Virus record (IMG/VR): IMGVR_UViG_3300043775_000604
Location: 1-61,529 of that record
Direction: 5' to 3' (one strand)
Origin: a virus
Lineage: Duplodnaviria > Caudoviricetes
DNA: 61,529 nucleotides
Numbering within the stretch: the stretch's first letter is position 1; the number at the start of each line of letters is the position of its first letter. This document shows, in pieces, positions 1 through 8,876 of this stretch. Position numbers and translations under genes: made by a program. Below the pieces are notes generated by a model. It was not told where the DNA came from, ran no database searches, and saw nothing but the letters and a program-made list of their open reading frames with translations.

Positions 1-127
1 TTTTACATCCAAATACAGAACAATACAATGCTTTAAATGGGTACACAAATGGTGCTTGTAGATTAGAGTTTGTAAAAGATGGAGCAGGTAAATGGTTTAT
101 GACACTTGATGCACTTACATACGAACC
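1..127. repeat. Terminal direct repeat, copy 1 (identical to 61403-61529); most likely assembler k-mer overlap marking a circular/complete genome of 61402 bp
   Basis: Exact 127-nt identity with the window end; 127 is a common assembler k; an ORF reads through the join. Confidence 0.95.
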
Positions 128-200
128 GTTTCAGCCAATCCACAACCAATTAAACGAGTTAGAAAGGATTGAATATACACCAATTAAAGAAGAAGAATAA

Positions 201-1178
201 ATGGCAATAATATATAGTTACCCAAAACAAACATCATTACAAAGCACAGACTTGTTAATCAGCACTAGGTTCAGTACAGAGCCTGGTGTTGTACCAAGGT
301 CTATAAGTTTTTCATTAGAAACATTGACAGAATATATAAATGCGGCTGCTCCTATTCCAACGTTAGATCAAGTATTAGCATCAGGTGATATATCTTTACA
401 AACGGCTGGTATCGGGGAATTAGGTTTATGGGACATCCCAAATGGTGGTTATGCTACTATAGCGGTTAGCGATTCCGAATTTACTTTTTATGATTATATA
501 GGCAATATAGTGGCTTATATAAGTAATTCAGGTATAGGTATAAAAGCAAATTCATTTACGGGGGTGTTTGTTACTTCGAATTTCACAGCAAATAGACAAT
601 ACACAATGCCTAATAAATCTGGAACTATAGCTTTAACAAATGATATGCCAAGTAATATTAATTATGGTTTGTTTACACAGACAGCAAATAGTGCAATTAT
701 AGTTAATACAAATAGCGAATTAAGTCTTATTGGGACTGGATTGGGCTCTTTATCTGTACCAGCTTATGGTTTTAATATTGGGGATTCTTTTAGAGCATCA
801 CTAATGGGGCATATATCTTGTCTTGGGTCAGCCACTTTAAGAATACTAGTTAAAGCTTGGAATGGTTTTTCTTATAGTATATTAGGAGACACCGGTGAGA
901 TAGATTTAGATGCTGTTACGGATCAGCATTGGAATCTTGATGTTGATTTTACTATAAGGGCATTAGGAGGAGCAGAGGACGCTAGTATAGTTAGCGGAGG
1001 TAGTTTTTATTATAATAAAAGCAATGGTAATATAGATTTAAGAAACTTTGTATCAGAGAACAATACTGATTTTGATACAGAATCTAACAATGAAATAGTT
1101 ATTACTGCTCAGTTTAATAACGCTAGTACTTCAAATAGTATTTACTCTAATTTATTCACATTAACAAAAACATACTAA
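201..1178 (+). CDS. Putative tail fibre / structural protein
   Basis: 325 aa, S/T/N/G-rich beta character, PTLDQVLASG motif often seen in Bacteroidota phage fibres; next to other structural genes. Confidence 0.55.
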   Translation: MAIIYSYPKQTSLQSTDLLISTRFSTEPGVVPRSISFSLETLTEYINAAAPIPTLDQVLASGDISLQTAGIGELGLWDIPNGGYATIAVSDSEFTFYDYIGNIVAYISNSGIGIKANSFTGVFVTSNFTANRQYTMPNKSGTIALTNDMPSNINYGLFTQTANSAIIVNTNSELSLIGTGLGSLSVPAYGFNIGDSFRASLMGHISCLGSATLRILVKAWNGFSYSILGDTGEIDLDAVTDQHWNLDVDFTIRALGGAEDASIVSGGSFYYNKSNGNIDLRNFVSENNTDFDTESNNEIVITAQFNNASTSNSIYSNLFTLTKTY

Positions 1179-1375
1179 TGAGTAGAAAGGAAAGAATAGA
1201 CTTATTTTTATCTAAATGGGTAAGCAGAAAGCTAATGGCTTTTGTAATTGCGTCGGTAGCTTTATTTACATCGAACATAGATTCAGACAATTGGACAGTA
1301 GTAGCGGCAATATATATAGGGGCTCAAGCAGCTACCGAAATAGCAGAGCGTTTAATAAAAGCAAAAACGGTATGA
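1178..1375 (+). CDS. Putative holin
   Basis: 65 aa, two hydrophobic segments (SRKLMAFVIASVALF; WTVVAAIYIGAQAA), basic C-terminus, in the lysis cluster. Confidence 0.65.
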   Translation: MSRKERIDLFLSKWVSRKLMAFVIASVALFTSNIDSDNWTVVAAIYIGAQAATEIAERLIKAKTV

Positions 1376-1989
1376 CAAGAAATCATTTAAAAGTTTTATA
1401 TTCAATAATATTAACTTTAATAGTAGTCCTATTGTTACAAAGAAGTTGTAATAAAGCTGAATCAATAGAGGACACTGTAGAAGTAAAGACAGATACTATT
1501 TATAAACATGTACATGATACGGTGATTAAGAAAGTCACAGTATTCAAAAAACAATACATACATATAAACAAACCAGAATATAATTCTGGCGAAACTATAG
1601 ATACATGCAAGGCTAGATTCCAAAACCTTTTAAAAGAACACCTAGTTAGAACTGTGTATTCTGATACATTGAAATTAGACAGTCTTGGTACTATAGTAGT
1701 TAGAGATACTGTTTGGATAAATAAACTGTATGGTAAAAGATCTTATACTAAAAACTATAAGATTCCGCAAATTACAAAAACAATTACTATTACTAAACAA
1801 GAAGAACCTAAGAGACAATTGTACGTGGGGCTTAATGCTTTTGCTAATAGGAATGACATAACTGCTTTTAGTCCTGGATTTATATACAAAACAAAAAAGG
1901 ACCATATTTACCAAGCATCGGTAGGTGTTAGTTTTGATGGTACTATTACATACGGATTTGGTACATATTGGAAAATTAAAATCAAATAA
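1372..1989 (+). CDS. Membrane-anchored lysis-cluster protein, possible spanin-like (start corrected to ATG 1372)
   Basis: ATGA-type overlap with holin stop; N-terminal TM then Cys (LLLQRSC), repeated DT[IV] motifs, C-terminal amphipathic beta strands; between holin and endolysin. Confidence 0.55.
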   Translation: MTRNHLKVLYSIILTLIVVLLLQRSCNKAESIEDTVEVKTDTIYKHVHDTVIKKVTVFKKQYIHINKPEYNSGETIDTCKARFQNLLKEHLVRTVYSDTLKLDSLGTIVVRDTVWINKLYGKRSYTKNYKIPQITKTITITKQEEPKRQLYVGLNAFANRNDITAFSPGFIYKTKKDHIYQASVGVSFDGTITYGFGTYWKIKIK

Positions 1990-1991
1990 TA

Positions 1992-2426
1992 ATGGTTACA
2001 AGTGCAGAATGCTTAAAGAAATGGGGAGACCCAACTATAACTACGAATGAATTAAAGTATATGACGCTTTGGGATGTTCCAGCCCATTTAGAAGTTGGTG
2101 TTATACCGAAGAAGTTATACTGCAATAAAATATTAATAGGCCCACTAATGCAAGCGTTGTCTAATATAATAGATAGAGGACTTGTAGATGAATTAAAAAC
2201 ATGGGACGGTTGTTTCAATGTAAGAAAAAAAAGGGGGCTTAAATCATTATCTTTACATTCATGGGGAATTGCAATTGATATCAATGCTGCTTGGAATGGA
2301 TTAGGCAAGGAACCTACTATGTCCACTAAATTAGTAAAATGCTTCACTGATTGTGGATTTGAATGGGGTGGAGCATGGAGTAGAAAAGACGGAATGCATT
2401 TCCAACTAAGGAGCATAAACGCGTAA
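1992..2426 (+). CDS. Endolysin, peptidase M15 family
   Basis: SLHSWGIAIDIN (SxHxxGxAxD) and DGMHFQ zinc-ligand motifs. Confidence 0.85.
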   Translation: MVTSAECLKKWGDPTITTNELKYMTLWDVPAHLEVGVIPKKLYCNKILIGPLMQALSNIIDRGLVDELKTWDGCFNVRKKRGLKSLSLHSWGIAIDINAAWNGLGKEPTMSTKLVKCFTDCGFEWGGAWSRKDGMHFQLRSINA

Positions 2427-2440
2427 ATTCTGCTTAAAAC

Positions 2441-2454
2441 AGGTAATATATATA
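2441..2454 (+). promoter_or_regulatory. Class-2 (middle/late) promoter-like motif AGGTAATATATATA
   Basis: Intergenic, about 25 nt before groEL; similar motif at 6138, 17038, 22604/22624, 44549(-), 58550. Confidence 0.4.
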
Positions 2455-2476
2455 TTAAATTAAATTCAATTAAATT

Positions 2477-4039
2477 ATGACGAATGAAATCGTAAAGAAT
2501 CTTAGCTTTGGAGAAGAAGCTAGGAAGAATGTTTTTGCCGGTATAACAAAGTTAACCAAAGCAGTTAGTTCGACATTAGGAGCCGGTGGTAAATGCGTTA
2601 TGCTAGAAGATGGACAAGGTAGACCAATCATTACAAAAGATGGTGTAACTGTTGCTGATAGTATTATTTTATTGGATCCTGTAGAAAACATGGGGGCAAG
2701 ACTATTAAAAGAAGCAGCTAGAAAAACGGTTAAGGAAGCGGGTGATGGCACAACTACTGCTACATTATTAGCTTACTCGATTTTAAAAGAAGCATACGCA
2801 ATACAAAATACAATAAGTCAAAGAGACTTAAAAACAGGTATCGAAGACACTGTTGAAAGAGTTATAGAATATCTTGAATCTATTAAAGTGCCAGTTACAG
2901 GGGATATGATAGATCACATTGCAACTATCTCTACAAACAATGATCCTGTGCTTGGTAAAATTATTGCCGATGCATTTAGAGCTGTTGGGGAAACAGGTAT
3001 TGTTATGATGGAATCATCAGCAAATGCAGAAACAGAAATAGAAATTATTGACGGTGTTCAATATGATAAAGGTTTAGTAAATTCACATTTCATTACTAAC
3101 CCAAATAAAAGAGTTGCAGAATTAGACAATCCATTAGTATTGCTTATTGAATCACCAGTTGAAACAATTAGGCAGATACAATCGATTTTAGAATATGTTA
3201 TAAAAGCAAAAAGATCGTTGCTTATTATTGCAGACATGGAACAAACAGTTCTAGCCGCTCTAGCAATGAACAAAGTAAAAGGTAATATTAAAGTAAATGT
3301 TATAAATGCACCAACATACGGTATCAATAAAAAAGATACATTATCTGATTTAGCATTATTAACAGGAGCCACTATTATAAACGAAGATTTAGGAGATGAT
3401 ATGGATCTTATTGATCCTGAATGTTTAGGTAGTTGTTTAAAAGCAATAACAGACGATACAGAAACTATATTACAAGTAGGGGAAGTTACTGCTGAAGTTC
3501 AAGAGCTTATTGATGACTTGAAACAACAGTTAGAAGGAAACTTACCTCCAGGAGAAGTAATTAGATTAGAGAAGAGACTTGCTAGATTATCTGCTAAAGT
3601 AGCGGTAGTAAAAGTAGGCGCTGGATCTGATATTGAATTAAAAGAAAAAGCTGATAGAGTTGAAGATGCAATTTGTGCAACTAAAGCAGCCATCAAAGAA
3701 GGAATTGTTCCTGGTGGAGGAATTGCATTACTAGATGCCTCTGTAACAATATCGGGATCCAATAGTGGCGAAGGGGCTTTGCTTGATGCAATAAAAGCAC
3801 CATTTAACACGATATTATCTAATGCTGGTATTGACGTACCAAATATGACTTCTGTACGTTTAAAAGGAACCGGAATCAATGCTGTTACAGGAAAGACTGT
3901 GAATATGATTGAAGCGGGTATTATTGATCCTTTGTCGGTTACAAAAAGTGCATTAAGAAACGCAGCATCTGTAGCTATCACTATATTGTCAACTGATTGT
4001 GTAATTAATAATTTAAGAATCAATGAAGGCAATAGGTAA
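2477..4039 (+). CDS. groEL: Phage chaperonin GroEL (Cpn60)
   Basis: ITKDGVTVA, GDGTTTAT, EGIVPGGG, GIIDP motifs; lacks the GGM tail. Confidence 0.97.
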   Translation: MTNEIVKNLSFGEEARKNVFAGITKLTKAVSSTLGAGGKCVMLEDGQGRPIITKDGVTVADSIILLDPVENMGARLLKEAARKTVKEAGDGTTTATLLAYSILKEAYAIQNTISQRDLKTGIEDTVERVIEYLESIKVPVTGDMIDHIATISTNNDPVLGKIIADAFRAVGETGIVMMESSANAETEIEIIDGVQYDKGLVNSHFITNPNKRVAELDNPLVLLIESPVETIRQIQSILEYVIKAKRSLLIIADMEQTVLAALAMNKVKGNIKVNVINAPTYGINKKDTLSDLALLTGATIINEDLGDDMDLIDPECLGSCLKAITDDTETILQVGEVTAEVQELIDDLKQQLEGNLPPGEVIRLEKRLARLSAKVAVVKVGAGSDIELKEKADRVEDAICATKAAIKEGIVPGGGIALLDASVTISGSNSGEGALLDAIKAPFNTILSNAGIDVPNMTSVRLKGTGINAVTGKTVNMIEAGIIDPLSVTKSALRNAASVAITILSTDCVINNLRINEGNR

Positions 4040-4283
4040 TAATATAGTAATCTCTCCAAAGAAGGTGGGATTATCAAAAACAGAAAACGGTTTATTATTA
4101 AAAGAAAAAGATAAAGAAAACATTAGATATAAAGAAGCTATTGTTGTTTCGGTTAGTGATGATATTACCTGCTTAAAACAAGCTGATGTTATTTATTACG
4201 ATAAAGCAGCCGGGCATGGTATTGAATTTGATGGTCAAGATTATCAAGTTATCAGACTACAAGATGTTGTGATAGTTTTATGA
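4023..4283 (+). CDS. groES: Co-chaperonin GroES (Cpn10)
   Basis: 86 aa, KTENGLLL mobile-loop-like segment, C-terminal VIRLQDVVIVL; overlaps the groEL end. Confidence 0.85.
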   Translation: MKAIGNNIVISPKKVGLSKTENGLLLKEKDKENIRYKEAIVVSVSDDITCLKQADVIYYDKAAGHGIEFDGQDYQVIRLQDVVIVL

Positions 4284-4726
4284 GGAAGATAGAAGCTAAG
4301 GATATAAAAGATCTAAACTTATTAAAGCATTATAGATTAATCCGCCGATGGGCTTGTCGAAATTATGATCTTAACGACGCTGATTTAGAGTTATTAATAT
4401 ATTTTGATTGCATGGATTTTTTTACCAAGCAAGATTATAAAATAGGTACATACGCATATAGTTGGGATAATAAGCGCTGGAACAATTTGTTAAAACAAGG
4501 ATGGATAGTGGTATGGCGAAATAGAAACCATACAACCCAGAAATATAACATATATAAAGTTTCATTCAAGTGCAAGCAACTAATACATAGGATGTATCGA
4601 ATTATGCTTGGAGAGGAAGATATACCTACAACAGCTAGAAGCAACAAAATAATGAAGAATAACACGTATACAGATATTGTGTTACGTTCAGCAATACATA
4701 ATTTAAACAAAGACAAAACAAGATGA
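4280..4726 (+). CDS. Hypothetical protein, possible winged-helix DNA-binding fold
   Basis: 148 aa, LNDADLELLIY...LLKQGWI...YKVSFK pattern. Confidence 0.45.
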   Translation: MRKIEAKDIKDLNLLKHYRLIRRWACRNYDLNDADLELLIYFDCMDFFTKQDYKIGTYAYSWDNKRWNNLLKQGWIVVWRNRNHTTQKYNIYKVSFKCKQLIHRMYRIMLGEEDIPTTARSNKIMKNNTYTDIVLRSAIHNLNKDKTR

Positions 4727-4983
4727 GATACAACAGTAAATTAGGATCTGCTCCGGCTAATCCAGGTATGTTGCCTAGTGAAGCGGTTACTACTGATATG
4801 AGTTTAACAGGAACACCTACACAACAACCACCGATAGTATCAGAGCCTAGAACATTTAATCCAGGTATAAAAGCTACAGGAGCTCCAGTTCCATTCAGTC
4901 CAAAAGCACAGTCTGCAATGACAGGTGCATTTGGTATGCCAGCGGATGGTTCTTATGATAGAACTATGGGTACAATGGTATAA
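4723..4983 (+). CDS. Hypothetical Pro/Gly-rich small protein
   Basis: ATGA overlap with upstream gene; 86 aa. Confidence 0.6.
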   Translation: MRYNSKLGSAPANPGMLPSEAVTTDMSLTGTPTQQPPIVSEPRTFNPGIKATGAPVPFSPKAQSAMTGAFGMPADGSYDRTMGTMV

Positions 4984-5012
4984 TCGTTAATAGATAATAA
5001 TAAATATAAGGT

Positions 5013-5216
5013 ATGAGAAAAGTAACACCAGCCGTTAAGAGAATAGAAAACGACGGCATAACGGGAGCTAACGCTTTATGGAATGGTCCATTAGATATAG
5101 ATGGCTTTCCTATGGGCAAAGGAGTTAGCAATGGTAAAGATGGAATGCAGGTAAAGAAATCGCCTGTTATGTATAATTCAGCGCCAATTACTCAGCGTGC
5201 TAAATGTAAATTTTAA
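5013..5216 (+). CDS. Hypothetical small protein
   Basis: 67 aa ORF in operon context. Confidence 0.6.
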   Translation: MRKVTPAVKRIENDGITGANALWNGPLDIDGFPMGKGVSNGKDGMQVKKSPVMYNSAPITQRAKCKF

Positions 5217-5386
5217 TGGGTTACACTGATATAAAACTATATGCATTAAATTCATTAGCTCTGTTTGTTTCTTTAACAGATTTAGAGCCTATATTGAAAA
5301 TAATTCTTCTTATGCTTTCTATTGGTTATACTGCTATTAGAATATACAGCTACTTTGAAGACAAAAATAAAAACAAAAATAAATAA
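5216..5386 (+). CDS. Small membrane protein, holin-like (56 aa, absent from ORF track)
   Basis: TAATG overlap; MGYTDIKLYALNSLALFVSLTDLEPILKIILLMLSIGYTAIRIYSYFEDKNKNKNK, two hydrophobic stretches and basic tail. Confidence 0.7.
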   Translation: MGYTDIKLYALNSLALFVSLTDLEPILKIILLMLSIGYTAIRIYSYFEDKNKNKNK

Positions 5387-5417
5387 TTAACAACCAACTA
5401 AAACTAAAACAAACAAA

Positions 5418-5753
5418 ATGGCAAAATTTATTACCATCACATCGACTGACACAGGTTACGCTACAGCTACAGATCCTAATGGAGGGCCTATTAACTTACC
5501 TGTAGATTTAATTTTTGATGTAAAACAAACAGCAGCTACAACTACTGTTATTTACTTCCAAAACACATTATCAGCTGGTCAGCAAACACTTACTTTGACG
5601 CATACTACTACTGCGGCTGCTGGTACAACTCCTGTTGTTGCTAATGCAATTTATTCAGCGATGAATGTTGCTCCAGGCGGAGTATTTGTTCCTGTAACAA
5701 TGCCTATCGTTGCTGGTGTCCAAATTTTGGTTACTGCTGCAGTTTACGCATAA
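5418..5753 (+). CDS. Hypothetical (probable virion) protein
   Basis: 111 aa, T/A-rich, strong A-rich leader, followed by hairpin. Confidence 0.6.
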   Translation: MAKFITITSTDTGYATATDPNGGPINLPVDLIFDVKQTAATTTVIYFQNTLSAGQQTLTLTHTTTAAAGTTPVVANAIYSAMNVAPGGVFVPVTMPIVAGVQILVTAAVYA

Positions 5754-5763
5754 TACATTTTAG

Positions 5764-5793
5764 ATTCCCTATAGATATACATTTATAGGGAAT
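5764..5793 (+). terminator. Intergenic hairpin, possible terminator or processing site
   Basis: ATTCCCTATAGAT / ATTTATAGGGAAT inverted repeat. Confidence 0.5.
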
Positions 5794-5818
5794 TTAATAA
5801 CTTTTAAACTATATACAC

Positions 5819-6133
5819 ATGGCTTTTAAAATGACCGGTCCTCCTTATAATATTGATAATACACCAATTTACAGTAAAGATATGGATGAGAACATACTAG
5901 GTATGGCTCAGTCAAACGGAACAATACTTGTAAACAAAGATGTATCGCCATTAGATTTAAAGAAGAACAAAACGGTTGAGCATGAAATGATACATATCAA
6001 CCAGATGAAAAGAGGTGATTTAGATTATGATCAAAAGAACGTGTATTGGAAGGGAAAAAGATATCCTCGTTCTAAAATGAATGAAGGTGCAAAAAATCTT
6101 CCATGGGAAGTAGAAGCTTATAAAAAGCAATAA
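5819..6133 (+). CDS. Small zincin-like metallopeptidase
   Basis: EHEMIHINQ (HExxH) plus downstream PWEVEAY third-ligand motif. Confidence 0.7.
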   Translation: MAFKMTGPPYNIDNTPIYSKDMDENILGMAQSNGTILVNKDVSPLDLKKNKTVEHEMIHINQMKRGDLDYDQKNVYWKGKRYPRSKMNEGAKNLPWEVEAYKKQ

Positions 6134-6174
6134 ATGCGCGTGATAATAATAATATAACTTTAATTTAATTTATT

Positions 6175-6540
6175 ATGAGAAATTTATTATTAGCAATCGT
6201 GGCTATTTTAGCAAGTGTACAAGTTAATGCTCAAAAAATGTCTATGGAATTCTTGGAAGGTACATGGATTCCAGAAACGCCAGCGTCTTATCTTGAATTT
6301 TCTGGATTAACAAAAAAAGATTTTAATATAAAAATGACATCAACAGACGAAGGAAATTATGAGCTCGATATTATATCATATAATTTTAATAAAAATAATT
6401 TTTATTTAGAATCATTTTACGAGCCTAATAACTGGAAATGTATTGGAAGATTTATAATAATTGATAAAAATACAATTGCTGTAGATTATGTTAGCGACGC
6501 CGCAGCTGTTGTGATATATAGAAGAAAACTAATGAATTAA
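6175..6540 (+). CDS. Exported protein with signal peptide
   Basis: MRNLLLAIVAILASVQVNA|Q, Bacteroidota-type SPI cleavage leaving N-terminal Gln. Confidence 0.7.
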   Translation: MRNLLLAIVAILASVQVNAQKMSMEFLEGTWIPETPASYLEFSGLTKKDFNIKMTSTDEGNYELDIISYNFNKNNFYLESFYEPNNWKCIGRFIIIDKNTIAVDYVSDAAAVVIYRRKLMN

Positions 6541-6556
6541 AACTAAAACAAACAAA

Positions 6557-7219
6557 ATGGCTTACAAACAATCACCAGGCAGACAAGCAATGCCTAAAAC
6601 AGGTAGAGGTCTTTCTCCGGTACTTATGAGCGGATGCGGATCACCAATGAAACAACAAGTTTCTAAAAAACCAAAAAATCCAACAACAGGTAATGAAGCG
6701 CCAGCTTATCATCCAGGTGAAGTCGGCGGTAATTTTGCTTATGAAGAAGGCAATAGAACAACATATAACCCTAATTCAAGGAGATTTCAACCTAAACCTG
6801 TTGGTGCCACTTATAATGCTACCACTGGTAATTATGAACCAAATAAAGCTAAATCTTTTGAAATAGTAAAAGATAAAGGTCAAACAAATGTTGTAAAAAG
6901 AGGAGGCAAGGTTATTATGAGAAATACATCGCATAATGGCACCGGTAAAAACAACTTTGATGAAGATGTTAAAATAGCTAGAGGATCACATGTTAGAGAT
7001 TCATTAAATACAGCTCACGCAAACGAAAGACGAGCAAGAGAGTATAACGCTAGAAAATCTGGTTCAGCTCCTGAAAGTAAAGAATCTAAAGAAGCGTTTT
7101 CAAAATGGCAAGCCACAAAAGCAAAAAAAGTCATTGATGATCAAACAAAAAGAAAGCTTATAAAAACCGGTTCTGGTGATGCGAAATCGCAAAAACTAAA
7201 TAAATTAGGTAGAAGCTAA
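6557..7219 (+). CDS. Basic hypothetical protein (possible internal virion protein)
   Basis: 220 aa, K/R-rich, MAYKQSP...GSPMKQ N-terminus. Confidence 0.6.
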   Translation: MAYKQSPGRQAMPKTGRGLSPVLMSGCGSPMKQQVSKKPKNPTTGNEAPAYHPGEVGGNFAYEEGNRTTYNPNSRRFQPKPVGATYNATTGNYEPNKAKSFEIVKDKGQTNVVKRGGKVIMRNTSHNGTGKNNFDEDVKIARGSHVRDSLNTAHANERRAREYNARKSGSAPESKESKEAFSKWQATKAKKVIDDQTKRKLIKTGSGDAKSQKLNKLGRS

Positions 7220-7229
7220 AAAAATAATT

Positions 7230-7466
7230 ATGAATATATCTAGAACAGGCTATAAAAAAAATAGCAAAGACAAAAACAAACCATATAATGTAATACCTAG
7301 TGGTGATATAACTATGAAAGATGTTGAGTTTGAGGTTTTAGGTATAGACAATTTAGGTAATAAAAAATTAATGAAGCCAGGGAAAGATTATACTTTTCCT
7401 GGTGACATTGTTTTAGAAGTGCCTATGAAAAAACAAAGCCTATACAATAGGTTGTTTAAAAAATAG
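7230..7466 (+). CDS. Hypothetical protein
   Basis: 78 aa ORF in operon context. Confidence 0.6.
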   Translation: MNISRTGYKKNSKDKNKPYNVIPSGDITMKDVEFEVLGIDNLGNKKLMKPGKDYTFPGDIVLEVPMKKQSLYNRLFKK

Positions 7467-7537
7467 CAGGTGGGAGGTAAGGTATCTCACGGGTCTCATA
7501 AGCCCGCTTAACTGAGTTCGACTCTCAGACGTTGCTA
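7465..7537 (+). tRNA. tRNA with CAT anticodon (Met or Ile2)
   Basis: D-stem GAGG/TCTC, anticodon arm CGGGT-CTCATAA-GCCCG, T-arm CTGAG-TTCGACT-CTCAG; acceptor stem imperfect (bulge); no encoded CCA. Confidence 0.8.
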
Positions 7538-7561
7538 CTAATAATAATCAAATTAAATATA

Positions 7562-7816
7562 ATGGAAGTAGTAAGACAAATTACAAAAGAACAATTAGAA
7601 ACTATCACTAAGCATCAAAAAGATTTAAGTGCATTGCTGTCTAATATTGGTTTATTAGAAACACAAAAACATGCGTTATTACATCAAGTTGCTGAAGTAA
7701 ATAGAAACTCAGAAGAATTCAAACTTGAATTGGAAAAAGAATACGGAGCAATCAATATCGATCTATCTGATGGATCATATACTGAGATTGAGCAAACACC
7801 AAATCAAGAGCAATAA
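7562..7816 (+). CDS. Coiled-coil hypothetical protein (start corrected to ATG 7562)
   Basis: MEVVRQITKEQL..., heptad pattern; the upstream extension overlaps the tRNA. Confidence 0.7.
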   Translation: MEVVRQITKEQLETITKHQKDLSALLSNIGLLETQKHALLHQVAEVNRNSEEFKLELEKEYGAINIDLSDGSYTEIEQTPNQEQ

Positions 7817-8043
7817 TGGATTCAATAGTTAGAAAAATAAGTATAGGAACTAATTATAAAGATGATGCAATGCATTACTCCGTAGGCCAAGAGGTTTACG
7901 GGGGGCATCGCATATCGCATATCTTATTAGATCAGACTGATAATTCATACAATATATATATTAAGAAAGAAGACGAAGTAATGCCTTGGAAGAAATTTAA
8001 TTCTAATATGGCAATCTCTGTTGAATATGACTTAGAATATTAA
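7816..8043 (+). CDS. Hypothetical protein
   Basis: 75 aa, TAATG coupling. Confidence 0.7.
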   Translation: MDSIVRKISIGTNYKDDAMHYSVGQEVYGGHRISHILLDQTDNSYNIYIKKEDEVMPWKKFNSNMAISVEYDLEY

Positions 8044-8044
8044 T

Positions 8045-8647
8045 ATGAGTATGACGGCTGTATTTGATTTTATAATTAAACCGGTAGGCTCTAGATACAA
8101 TAACACTACAGATGTTAATGGTAATCCATTAATATTAAATACTAAGATAGAAAGTTTTAAATCAGTTAATAAAATAGCAGAAGTGGTTTCAGTGCCATTA
8201 GCTATTAAAACAGATATAAAACCTGGTGATATTATAGTAATACACCATAATGTATTTAGACGCTTTTATGATATTAGAGGTAGACAAAAGAATAGTAGAT
8301 CATACTTTAAAGAAGATCTATACTTCTGTTCACCTGACCAAATTTATTTGTATAAAAGAGATAGCGGATGGATTTCCTACGGAGATCGTTGCTTCGTTAA
8401 ACCTATAAAGAATACGAATCAATTTAAGCTAGATAAAGAGCGTAAACATATTGGAATACTAAAATATGGAAACGACTCCTTAAACAAGCTCGGAATCAAT
8501 CCTGGCGACCTAGTTGGATATAAACCTTACGGGGAATTTGAGTTCATCATAGACGATCAGAGATTATATTGTATGAAATCTAATGATATTGTAATTAAAT
8601 ATGGATATAAAGGAGACGAAGAGGAATATAATAGCCGCTGGTCATAA
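8045..8647 (+). CDS. GroES-like protein with two tandem GroES-fold halves
   Basis: FIIKP...AEVVSVP...IKPGDIIVIHH and CFVKP...GILKYG...INPGDLVGY...FIIDDQRLYCMKSNDI. Confidence 0.6.
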   Translation: MSMTAVFDFIIKPVGSRYNNTTDVNGNPLILNTKIESFKSVNKIAEVVSVPLAIKTDIKPGDIIVIHHNVFRRFYDIRGRQKNSRSYFKEDLYFCSPDQIYLYKRDSGWISYGDRCFVKPIKNTNQFKLDKERKHIGILKYGNDSLNKLGINPGDLVGYKPYGEFEFIIDDQRLYCMKSNDIVIKYGYKGDEEEYNSRWS

Positions 8648-8876
8648 AGCAGTGCTAGAGTTAATCAAAGTAGCCGAAGAAGCTATCCTTGAAAATGGAG
8701 AAGACGATTTAAGTGCTGATAAATTAAAGAACGCTGCAGCTACAAAGAAGCTTGCCATTTTCGATGCATTTGAAATATTAGGTCGTATTCAAGACGAAGA
8801 ACGAATGATGGATGAAGCAGAGAATACCACTGAAACAAAAGTTTTCAAAGGTTTTGCAGAAGGGAGGTCTAAATAA
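8601..8876 (+). CDS. Putative terminase small subunit
   Basis: 91 aa helical protein immediately upstream of and coupled to terL. Confidence 0.5.
   Translation: MDIKETKRNIIAAGHKAVLELIKVAEEAILENGEDDLSADKLKNAAATKKLAIFDAFEILGRIQDEERMMDEAENTTETKVFKGFAEGRSK

Noticed and set aside
1-127. Biological terminal repeat
   Set aside because: Length equals a common assembler k-mer and it falls mid-gene; best read as circular-assembly overlap
1216-1371. Longer N-termini given by the ORF track (also 7532, 49967, 53272, 58513, 58835)
   Set aside because: Extensions overlap upstream genes, tRNAs or regulatory DNA; downstream ATGs have proper A-rich leaders or stop-start coupling
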